Assembly (NCBI GenBank): GCA_049424145.1
Contig: JBMSSC010000047.1
Span: 1-18,112 of the forward strand
DNA: 18,112 nucleotides
Reading direction: 5' to 3'
Source of the DNA: Bdellovibrionia bacterium
GTDB lineage: Bacteria > Bdellovibrionota > UBA1018
In this document: positions 1 to 7,756 of the stretch, one piece after another
Layout: every line of letters begins with the position of its first letter
Position numbering within the stretch: the stretch's first letter is position 1
Translations under genes and position numbers: made by a program
The notes under the pieces: generated by a model
What the model was told of the DNA's origin: nothing
The model's input: the letters and a program-made list of their open reading frames with translations, nothing else
The model's database searches: none

Positions 1-124
1 TAACTCCTGAAAGTTTGTTCAGGAGCGATTCGGACATGAATCGCCTTCGGGGAATTTCCCGCATTCACGCCGGAGAGGATGTCAAATTTTTGAGTTTGAT
101 CCCTCTTCAGAGCGATCAGCGGAC

Positions 125-361
125 GTGAGTGTTGAAGTTTTTAATTCGTTTGCCGATGAGTTTGTCAAAGGATGCAAAAAAAAGATGCCTCAGATCACCT
201 TGAATCCAAAATCTGAAGAACGACGAGTAAAAAAGAGAGCTGTGTTTTCTGTGACTAAGTCCTTGATTTTATGGCTGATGCTCATTTCGGGAATTGTCGT
301 TGCCACCTATCAGATTCGATCCCATGGCCCTGAGATGAACTATTCCATTCACTCGTCTTAA
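125..361 (+). CDS. possible small membrane protein (hypothetical)
   Basis: 78-aa ORF with a basic patch (RRVKKR) followed by one hydrophobic segment (SLILWLMLISGIVVATY). Its GTG start overlaps the TGA (126-128) of a frame that is open from the window edge. No recognisable family; start uncertain. Confidence 0.35.
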   Translation: MSVEVFNSFADEFVKGCKKKMPQITLNPKSEERRVKKRAVFSVTKSLILWLMLISGIVVATYQIRSHGPEMNYSIHSS

Positions 362-708
362 AAGAAGGTTTTCTTTTCTTTCTTTTTTCCCGCTTTTACC
401 CCTCTCCTTTTTTTATCAAATACGCCGTAAAACTCGCCCGTTCAGGGGCGAGATATGAGGCGTCTGCACGTTAGTGCGGTGTCTGCTGCTGCTCTATGTA
501 TTGCTTGATGACTTCCAAGGGGGCACCCCCACAAGAGCCTGCGAAATAGCTCCCACTCCAAAGAGAATCCATCCAGATAGATTTGTGCAAGGTTGGGAAT
601 TGCTGCTTCCGGACATGGCGAGAAGATACGCATTTGAGGCTGTTGACTCGTGTTTTTAGGGCGGGGAGGGCGTCAACGCTTCTCAGTTCCCCTTTGTCTT
701 CATGGATC

Positions 709-763
709 TGTCTAATGATTCAACACAGTCTTGTTTAGTGATCACACAGTGTCTCCACGGACA
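709..763. promoter_or_regulatory. candidate enhancer (bEBP upstream activating sequences) for the sigma54 promoter
   Basis: TGT-N11-ACA at 709-725 and 732-748 (imperfect tandem copies TGTCTAATGATTCAACACAGT / TGTTTAGTGATCACACAGT, 23 bp apart), plus TGTC-N6-GACA at 750-763. These lie about 95-150 bp upstream of the predicted +1. Confidence 0.45.
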
Positions 764-831
764 GTGCTCTGTTTTTCTTGAAAACCCAATAAAATCCAGG
801 CCTTCACCCTGTGTGGCCGAAATAACGCACC

Positions 832-848
832 TTGGCATCTGGGTTGCA
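832..848 (+). promoter_or_regulatory. sigma54 (RpoN) -24/-12 promoter
   Basis: TTGGCATCTGGGTTGCA versus consensus YTGGCACGNNNNTTGCW, with exact GG (834-835) to GC (846-847) spacing. Intergenic and oriented toward the ORF at 954; predicted +1 near 859. Confidence 0.7.
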
Positions 849-953
849 CATATGGGGTTTATCTGAGAGTTGCAGTAAGAACTCAGGGCTCTCAGAGGAG
901 TCTGCTTGAGCAGACGCCATGAAATGAAAAAGGATCAGGAAGGAAAAGTAGTT

Positions 954-1184
954 ATGAAAAAGCAAATTTTGGCTGTAGTCAGTGTATCGATGGTCATCTC
1001 TCAATTGGCTTGGGCAAGTGTTTCCTCTGGGCTTACGGGTGAGACCAAAATGCGGGATTTAGATGCCGGAAGCTTCAAGTGTGAGTTCCATAAAGGGGTG
1101 AAGAACTTGGCCTCTTCCTCTTCGTCTTCGATTGAGTCATCCCGCGTGAGTGACGGAAGTTCAAAATCCGGTGTTGCTCGTTAA
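954..1184 (+). CDS. small secreted protein (76 aa, Sec signal peptide, Ser-rich tail)
   Basis: ATG at 954 is preceded by AGGAAGGA. MKKQILAVVSVSMVISQLAWA is a typical signal peptide with an A-W-A cleavage site. The mature part (about 55 aa) has one Cys and a poly-Ser tract. This start is preferred over the ORF track's TTG at 906. Confidence 0.75.
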   Translation: MKKQILAVVSVSMVISQLAWASVSSGLTGETKMRDLDAGSFKCEFHKGVKNLASSSSSSIESSRVSDGSSKSGVAR

Positions 1185-1495
1185 TTTCCTCTTGGGTCGG
1201 ATGAGGAATGGATCCTCTGGATCAGGGACTTGAGCTTTTGCTTCTCTTGGGAATGAAACTCCTCCACGGGTGGAGAGAAATGGGGTTTTTTAAAAAATCC
1301 CTGTTTGGCCTCCTTCGAGAGTTTCTGAGCCCAGTGTTGGAGGGATTCAAAGGTTTCAGAACGCTCGGCGTGTGCCATTTGAATTTTCACTTGATCGGAA
1401 ATCGTTCGTCCCCTCCATTGGAGGGCATTTCCTAGGACCAAGATCAGTAGACTCATCACGGTGATTCGGATGAGAAACTGGATGAAGCGAAGCAT
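1181..1495 (-). CDS. hypothetical protein with N-terminal membrane anchor (104 aa)
   Basis: Strong SD AGGAGGAAAGGAG (complement of 1502-1514) lies just upstream of the ATG at 1495. MLRFIQFLIRITVMSLLILVLGNAL is a signal-anchor helix followed by a charged, probably helical region. Confidence 0.8.
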   Translation of the reverse strand: MLRFIQFLIRITVMSLLILVLGNALQWRGRTISDQVKIQMAHAERSETFESLQHWAQKLSKEAKQGFFKKPHFSPPVEEFHSQEKQKLKSLIQRIHSSSDPRGN

Positions 1496-1701
1496 AGGAG
1501 ACTCCTTTCCTCCTGAGAGATGAAGCCCTGAGCTCAGCAGAAGGGCATGGGCTTGGGGGGTGAAAGCCACCGACTGCAGGTGGGCTTGGGCTTATGTTTT
1601 CAGTGTCTCATACTCCAGGTAGGTTGCAAGCCTGGGCTGAGAGCCCCTTGGGCCAAGGCAGGCCCAAAAGCGTGAGGTAGAATCAGAGAAGTCTGAGTGG
1701 A

Positions 1702-2106
1702 CTAAGGAGCTTTTGCAGCTCCCCGCTTTAAAGCCGTCTGCTCGAGGCTACAGACGCGATCCAGCGTTTTGAGGACTTCCTCGGAGTCAAATGGTTTGAG
1801 GATGAAGTCCTTGGCGCCAACGCCAATGGCTTCCATCACCAGGTTCTCCTGTCCCATGGCTGAAATGATCACGACCTGAGCGTTTTTATTCACTTTGATG
1901 ATCCGCTTGGTGGCTTCAATTCCGCTCATCTTCGACATCACTATATCCATCGTGACTAAGGAAGGCATGAGTTTCTCGTAAAGTACAACGGCCTCTGCCC
2001 CATCGGAAGCTTCTCCGATGACCTGATAGTGAGCTCGGGTGAGAATCTCAATTAAGGTTTTTCGAACATACGCGATGTCATCGACGACGAGAACGGTTTT
2101 TGCCAT
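1702..2106 (-). CDS. single-domain response regulator receiver, CheY-like
   Basis: VLVVDD acidic pocket, phosphoacceptor Asp in TMDIVM, conserved Ser in IISAMG, and KPF motif. No output domain. Confidence 0.93.
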   Translation of the reverse strand: MAKTVLVVDDIAYVRKTLIEILTRAHYQVIGEASDGAEAVVLYEKLMPSLVTMDIVMSKMSGIEATKRIIKVNKNAQVVIISAMGQENLVMEAIGVGAKDFILKPFDSEEVLKTLDRVCSLEQTALKRGAAKAP

Positions 2107-2130
2107 ATTCTCTATTTTACAGACTTCTGT

Positions 2131-3399
2131 TTAGGTTTGAATTTTTTTAATTAAGACAGTTTCAATTTGTCTTGGAGTGGCTTTTTGAATCGTGAATCGA
2201 TAAGACCCGGCTGGAGTGTCAAAAAAAAGTTCGTCCCGAGTGTCTGGGATTCGGCCAAACTGTTGAAGAAGAAATCCTCCCAGCGTCTCATAGTTTCCCT
2301 GAGGGATCTCAAGCTTTAGGATTTCATTGATTTGGCTGATCTCCATCCGAGCCTGAACGCTCCAGGTTGTGGCATCGACTTCTTTGTAAGGAACTGACTC
2401 ATAATCGTACTCATCGGAAATCTCCCCTACGATCTCCTCAACAATGTCCTCAAACGTCAAAATTCCAACAGCGCCTCCGTGTTCATCCACAACCACGAGC
2501 ATGGAGCTATCTTCCTCTTTCAGTTCTTGAATTAAGTCGTCAAGAAACTGAGTTTCTGAAACGTAATGGGCAGGTGTGATGTAAAGACGAATGGATTGAT
2601 TGAGGTCTGATGCGGCAAGCAGATCCTGGGACTCTAGGATACCAATGATATTGTCAATTCTCTCTGAGTAAACCGGCATTCGAGAGTGGCGGTGGCGTTC
2701 GAATTTTTCAAGGGCTTCTGTGACCGTGGCAGAATCTTCGATTGCATCCACCTTCACCAGGGGGATCAGTGCATGGCGTGCCTCGGTGGATCGAAAGTCC
2801 AAGATGCGTTTGATCATTCTTTTTTCAGTGGAGGTGATGTCGGTCTCTTCTTTGGAATAGGAGAGCAGGGAGCGGATCTCATCGCGTGAGTTTTTTCTTT
2901 TTCCCGACAAGAGGGCTTCAATGGGACCTACGATCCGAGATAAACTCGTCGTGTAAGATCCTAAAAGTCGAGTGAAGGGGTAGAAGACCCAATACGCCCA
3001 GTTCACTGGGATGGCAAGGTGGGGCGCAAGCTGGGTTGCGTTTCTCTGAAAGAGGGTTTTTGGAATGAGCTCGCCTAAGATGACCACGAGGGGAGAGGTG
3101 ATGAGAATGGCCAAAAGGTTAGCGTGTCTCACTTGTTTTTCAATGAGATAAAAAGCAATGAAGGCCGAGTTGCCAATGATGCACAGATTGGTCATGAATA
3201 AGGTTGTGGCAAAGACTTTTTCAGGCCGACTCGCCAAATGTAAAGCTAAGGCGGCTTTAAAATTTCCTTTCTTAGAAAGGGCGTTGAGTTGAATCTTATC
3301 AGCCGATAAGAGAGCGATCTCGGCGCCCGAGAAAAACCCTTCAATCAAAAGCAGAGGCAAAGTGCCTAAGGCGACGGGTAAAATTGAAGTGAGATTCAT
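2131..3399 (-). CDS. CNNM/CorC-HlyC family transporter-associated protein (DUF21 TM + 2 CBS + C-terminal CorC_HlyC domain)
   Basis: EGFFSGAEIALLS and ILGELIPKT (DUF21/CNNM); HSRMPVY and VVDEHGGAVGILTFEDIVEEIVGEISDEYD (CBS pair); YETLGGFLLQQFGRIP (CorC_HlyC). Confidence 0.92.
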   Translation of the reverse strand: MNLTSILPVALGTLPLLLIEGFFSGAEIALLSADKIQLNALSKKGNFKAALALHLASRPEKVFATTLFMTNLCIIGNSAFIAFYLIEKQVRHANLLAILITSPLVVILGELIPKTLFQRNATQLAPHLAIPVNWAYWVFYPFTRLLGSYTTSLSRIVGPIEALLSGKRKNSRDEIRSLLSYSKEETDITSTEKRMIKRILDFRSTEARHALIPLVKVDAIEDSATVTEALEKFERHRHSRMPVYSERIDNIIGILESQDLLAASDLNQSIRLYITPAHYVSETQFLDDLIQELKEEDSSMLVVVDEHGGAVGILTFEDIVEEIVGEISDEYDYESVPYKEVDATTWSVQARMEISQINEILKLEIPQGNYETLGGFLLQQFGRIPDTRDELFFDTPAGSYRFTIQKATPRQIETVLIKKIQT

Positions 3400-4481
3400 T
3401 CGAGCCCCTGGGCAGAGGGTTCAAAATCATCCTCAAATAACTCTTCAAATAGGGTGTCAAGAATGTCGCTCATGGTGATGACTCCGGTGACTTCTTTGTG
3501 ATGATTTCTCACAATCGCCATGTGGATTTTATTTTGTTTAAATTTTTTGAATAAGTCATTCAGACTGATTTTTTGGTGAACAAAAAACGGTTTTCTCATA
3601 ATCGTAGAAATCGTGTTACTTCCGCTCTCAGGAGAAAGCTTTAATCGAAGGAGGTCTTTGGAGTAGAGGATGCCAACCACTTCTTTTCGGTGAGGACCTG
3701 ACCCCATCACAGGAATTCGGGAGTAGTGGTGTGCTCGGACCACTTCGAGGGCACTTTTAATGGTCATTTGAGAGGGCAGATGAAGGACCTGATGGATCGA
3801 TGTGGCTACGTCTTCAACGGTTGCATGATCCAGCTCAAAGACATTGCGGATCAGCTTGAGTTCGTTTTCTTGGATGTCCCCCTCTTTTCTCCCTTCTTCC
3901 ACCAAAATGAGAAAATCGGATTCTTTTAAGAGGGTCCGACTCTTTTTTGATCCGGGAAGATCCGGGTCAACCAAAACGGGAGGCTCTTGGGTGTGTGGAA
4001 TCAGGTGAATGATTCGTTTTAAGAGAAATCGAATGGGCCGAAACAGGGTGTAAATGGCGCTGAGGGATCCTGCCGTTGCTGTGACGACCAATTGGTTCAT
4101 GCGAGCAGCGATGACTTTCGGGGTCGCCTCACAGAGAAATAGAACGAGCGGTGTGGTGACGCAGACGCCAATGACAGTCTCAAACGCCCAGTTGGGGAGG
4201 AATTGAAGAAAACCAGGGGTTTTCAGATCCCATCGATTCACCACTTGGGCAATGATCGAGGAGACGGAGATATTGATCAATTCATTGAGGACGAGGATTG
4301 TAATTAAAACGCCCCCTGGGTCACCCAGGAGGCGTTTGATATGTCGATGGACGGATTTGAAGTTTTCCCTTAAAAATCGGACCTGAAATCGAGTCAGGCT
4401 AAACAGGGCCACTTCTGAGGCGGACAGATAGGCCGAAAGAGCAATCAGTGTGACACAAGCCAGAAGCTCGAAGGAAGTCAT
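3396..4481 (-). CDS. CNNM/CorC-HlyC family protein (DUF21 TM + 2 CBS, no C-terminal CorC domain)
   Basis: SAYLSASEVALFSL, LITILVLNELINI, FLCEATPKVIA; HYSRIPV, HMAIV..GVITMSDIL. Its stop overlaps the next gene's start (ATGA). Confidence 0.9.
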   Translation of the reverse strand: MTSFELLACVTLIALSAYLSASEVALFSLTRFQVRFLRENFKSVHRHIKRLLGDPGGVLITILVLNELINISVSSIIAQVVNRWDLKTPGFLQFLPNWAFETVIGVCVTTPLVLFLCEATPKVIAARMNQLVVTATAGSLSAIYTLFRPIRFLLKRIIHLIPHTQEPPVLVDPDLPGSKKSRTLLKESDFLILVEEGRKEGDIQENELKLIRNVFELDHATVEDVATSIHQVLHLPSQMTIKSALEVVRAHHYSRIPVMGSGPHRKEVVGILYSKDLLRLKLSPESGSNTISTIMRKPFFVHQKISLNDLFKKFKQNKIHMAIVRNHHKEVTGVITMSDILDTLFEELFEDDFEPSAQGLE

Positions 4482-4499
4482 ACTTCTGTTTTCGCATGT

Positions 4500-6953
4500 T
4501 TAAGCCGCTTTATCAAACCCAGGTCGAGTGAGAGTGGGAGGCTTCTTTTTTGCTCGGGGAGAGAGGCTTTTCTCTTCTTTCCCTGTTACCTTCTTCTCTG
4601 CGCGTTTGATTTTGGTCGCAAGAACTACGTTTAAGACCTCATCAATCGTTTTCACAGGGATGAAAGTGAGCTTGCCACGGTACTCTTCAGGAATATCCTC
4701 TAAGTCCTTCTTGTTTTTCTCAGGGATGATGATGGTCCGAATTCCATGGCGCATTGCTGCCAGCGCCTTTTCCTTCAGTCCACCGATGGGCAGAACTCGT
4801 CCCGTTAGCGTGATCTCACCGGTCATGGCAACATCTTTGCGAATCGGGATTCCCGTCAGTCGGGAGATGATCGCTGAGGCCATGGTGATGCCGGCTGAGG
4901 GGCCATCTTTTGGCACCGCGCCTGCAGGAAAGTGAACGTGAATGTCAATGTTGGCAAAGAGATCTTCGTCAATATTGAAATCCCGAGCGCGTGAGCGGAT
5001 GAGGCCTAAGGCCGCTTGACCCGACTCTCGCATGACATCTCCCAATTGCCCGGTGAGAAGCATGCCGCCTTTGCCCTTCATGGTGGTGGACTCCACGTAG
5101 AGGATCTCTCCGCCCACTGAGGTCCAGGCAAGACCCGTTGCAATTCCCACTTCATCTTTCTCCTGTTCATCTTCACGAACATACGGAGCGGGTCCTAGGA
5201 ACTTATAGGTTTGCTCTTGGTTCACGACCGTTTTCTCGGTCTTCCCTTCAGCAACCAGTCGAGCGGTCTTCCGACAAATCGTCGCAATGTTTCGCTCCAA
5301 GTTTCTCAGGCCTGCCTCTCGGGTGTACTGAGAGACGATGGTCTTAATCGCTTCATCGGTGACCTCAATCTGACCCTCTTTGATCCCGTTTTCGCTCGTC
5401 TGCTTGGGGACTAGGTACTTCCGAGAGATGAAGAACTTCTCTTCTTCGGTGTAGCCCGAGAGCTGAATGACTTCCATTCGGTCTCTTAACGCGGAGGGAA
5501 TGGTCTCCAGCATGTTGCAAGTCGCAACGAACATCACATTGGAGAGGTCAAAAGGTACGTTTAAGTAGTGGTCCCGAAACGAGTAGTTCTGCTCAGGGTC
5601 CAAGACTTCAAGCAAGGCTGCTGATGGGTCCCCTCGAAAGTCACTTCCCAACTTGTCGATTTCATCGAGGATAAACACAGGGTTATTCGTTCCCGCCTGT
5701 TTGAGTCCCTGGATGATTCGTCCAGGAAGCGCACCGACATAGGTTCTTCGATGACCTCGAATTTCAGCTTCGTCCTTCACTCCGCCTAAGGAGACTCGGA
5801 CAAACTCCCGGCCTAAGGCTCGAGCAATGGATCGACCCAGCGATGTTTTTCCCACTCCAGGAGGTCCTGCAAAGCAGAGCAGTGGCCCCTTCATTTTATC
5901 TTTGAGCTTTCTCACGGCCAGGTACTCAATGATTCTCTCCTTAATTTTTGAGAGATTATAGTGTTCCTCGTCCAGGATGTTTTTGGCCCGGGTCAAATCC
6001 ATATTATCGACCGTTTGTTTGCTCCAAGGAGTATCCAAGAGCCAGTCAATATAGGTTCGTAACATGGAGGCTTCTGATGCATCGGGATGCATCCGTTCCA
6101 ATCGCCCGAGTTGTTTTCGGGCTTCTTGTTCCACTTCAGGCGGCATTTTTGCGTTCGCCACCTTCTCTTTTAATTCATTGATCTCCTCGCCTTTTACGTC
6201 CGTATCGCCTAGTTCGTTCTTAATGGCTCGGATCTGCTCCCTTAAGAAGTACTCTTTTTGAGACTTCGTCATCTCATCTTTGGCCTGGGATCGAATTTTT
6301 GCCTGGATGGAGAGCACTTCGATTTCTTTTTCCAAAATATCGTGGATCTTCTTTAATCGAGCATGAGGATCGATGGTTTCTAAGATTGCTTGAGCATCAG
6401 AGACGCGCATGCCTAAATTAGAGGCAACTAAATCGGCGAGTCGGCCTGGGTCAGTGATATCATCTAAAACCATCAAGATATCTGGGGTGAGAATTTTACC
6501 CAGTGCAATGACCTTTTCCAGTTGCTCACGGACGCTCCTCATTAAAGCTTCGCTCTCGGAGTAATCTGCAATGGCAGGTTCATTGATCTTATCGATCTTC
6601 ACTTCAAAGTAAGGCTGAATCTGACTGAACTCTTCAATATTGGCTTTGCAAAGACCCTGCGTCAGAATCTTGATCCTTCCGTCTGGAAGTTTTCTCATTC
6701 GCATGATCATGGCCACTGTGCCGGTTCGATAAATCCCCTCAGGATTCGGGTGCTCATCGGAGATCTCTTTTTGCGACGATAAGAGGATCAAACGATCCGT
6801 TCGTGCAAGGCTTTCTTCGACGCTCCTGATGGAGGTATTTCTACCCACAAAAAGAGGGATTATCATATACGGGAATACTACAATATCTCGTACGGGTAAC
6901 AGGGGGAGCGTTTTTGGAATCTCAATCTGTTCGCCGTCGTAATTAGTTACCAT
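4500..6953 (-). CDS. lon: ATP-dependent protease La (LonA)
   Basis: LPLLPVRDIVVFP N-domain, Walker A GPPGVGKTS, RRTYVGALPG pore loop, Walker B ILDEIDK, catalytic Ser in PKDGPSAG and Lys in IGGLKEK. SD AGGAGG at 6960-6965. Confidence 0.99.
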   Translation of the reverse strand: MVTNYDGEQIEIPKTLPLLPVRDIVVFPYMIIPLFVGRNTSIRSVEESLARTDRLILLSSQKEISDEHPNPEGIYRTGTVAMIMRMRKLPDGRIKILTQGLCKANIEEFSQIQPYFEVKIDKINEPAIADYSESEALMRSVREQLEKVIALGKILTPDILMVLDDITDPGRLADLVASNLGMRVSDAQAILETIDPHARLKKIHDILEKEIEVLSIQAKIRSQAKDEMTKSQKEYFLREQIRAIKNELGDTDVKGEEINELKEKVANAKMPPEVEQEARKQLGRLERMHPDASEASMLRTYIDWLLDTPWSKQTVDNMDLTRAKNILDEEHYNLSKIKERIIEYLAVRKLKDKMKGPLLCFAGPPGVGKTSLGRSIARALGREFVRVSLGGVKDEAEIRGHRRTYVGALPGRIIQGLKQAGTNNPVFILDEIDKLGSDFRGDPSAALLEVLDPEQNYSFRDHYLNVPFDLSNVMFVATCNMLETIPSALRDRMEVIQLSGYTEEEKFFISRKYLVPKQTSENGIKEGQIEVTDEAIKTIVSQYTREAGLRNLERNIATICRKTARLVAEGKTEKTVVNQEQTYKFLGPAPYVREDEQEKDEVGIATGLAWTSVGGEILYVESTTMKGKGGMLLTGQLGDVMRESGQAALGLIRSRARDFNIDEDLFANIDIHVHFPAGAVPKDGPSAGITMASAIISRLTGIPIRKDVAMTGEITLTGRVLPIGGLKEKALAAMRHGIRTIIIPEKNKKDLEDIPEEYRGKLTFIPVKTIDEVLNVVLATKIKRAEKKVTGKEEKSLSPRAKKKPPTLTRPGFDKAA

Positions 6954-7069
6954 CCCAGGCCTCCTCAGGTTCTCATTCCGAATCCATCAATCAGTTGCTC
7001 TGAGATCCATTCGGCGGAAACTAAAAAGGCCTTTAGCGATAATCTTTTGGCAGTCGAGGTGGCGTGGGT

Positions 7070-7441
7070 CTAGGCGTAGATTTTCTCTTTATGCTCTTGC
7101 TTCTCTTTACAAGAAACACAGAGAGTAGAGACTGGACGAGCCTCTAGGCGTCTGGGTTCAATCTGCTCCTCGCAGTCTTGACAGATGCCAAACGTCCCGT
7201 CATCCATTCTCATGAGTGCTTCATCAATCTTCGAGAGCAGCTGGCGCTCTCGGTCTCTGAGTTTGAAGATCAAGTTTTGATTGATTTCGCTTGCCGCAAG
7301 ATCCGTTTCATCGGGAAGATCGTCGATGGATAGGGTTAGGTCATTTTTTAAGGAGTTCTTCGTATTATTTAAGATGCGTTGTTTTTCTTCAATCAGTAGC
7401 CGCTTGTATTTCAGGATCGTTTTTGGATCGAGTGTACTCAT
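7070..7441 (-). CDS. dksA: DksA/TraR family RNA polymerase-binding protein with C4 zinc finger
   Basis: Coiled-coil tip DETDLA (DxxDxA), KIDEALMRMDDGTFGICQDC...IEPRRLEARP..LCVSCKE. ATG at 7441 follows the SD-like GAAGGGGG (123 aa). Confidence 0.92.
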   Translation of the reverse strand: MSTLDPKTILKYKRLLIEEKQRILNNTKNSLKNDLTLSIDDLPDETDLAASEINQNLIFKLRDRERQLLSKIDEALMRMDDGTFGICQDCEEQIEPRRLEARPVSTLCVSCKEKQEHKEKIYA

Positions 7442-7513
7442 GATGTCCCCCTTCAAAAGTGAAATTCAGCCCCAACATCCTTAAGTTGAAGATTCTCTTA
7501 TGGATCTTCCGTT

Positions 7514-7543
7514 TTGACAACTGATTTTATAAGAAGATATAAG
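7514..7543 (+). promoter_or_regulatory. candidate sigma70 promoter for glmU-glmS
   Basis: TTGACA (7514-7519)-N18-TATAAG (7538-7543) in an AT-rich stretch. This would give a 5' leader of about 320 nt. Confidence 0.45.
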
Positions 7544-7700
7544 ACAGCAGTTGACTGAGAAGAGTGGCCGAGAGGAGAAAAATGGAGATCGCTCGCCTGG
7601 GGCTTGCCCCTGGTTCCGTTTTCAAGGAGCCTTGGGGCCTTCTTGTTTGCGTTCCAATTGCCCAAGGGCTATACCCATCAGTACGGTACAGTCCAGCAGA

Positions 7701-7756
7701 AGGTTTCAGAAACTTGGCCTTCCCGTGAGTTCTGGTTTACAAGTTTCTAGAAACTT
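7701..7756. repeat. pair of related palindromes (candidate operators)
   Basis: Perfect 16-bp palindrome AAGTTTCTAGAAACTT at 7741-7756 and near-copy AGGTTTCAGAAACTT at 7701-7715. Confidence 0.55.

Noticed and set aside
442..1004. Short ORFs 442-633(-), 474-659(+) and 804-1004(-)
   Set aside because: No convincing SD or protein features. They overlap each other or the sigma54 promoter and its gene.
1543..1665. TGGGCTTGGG repeats (1548-1557, 1581-1590) and GC-rich hairpins as a REP or CRISPR-like element
   Set aside because: Only two 10-bp copies, no regular repeat-spacer array and no cas or transposase genes.
7557..7600. tRNA-like start GAGAAGAGTGGCCGAGAGG
   Set aside because: No T-arm GTTCRA motif, acceptor stem or cloverleaf.
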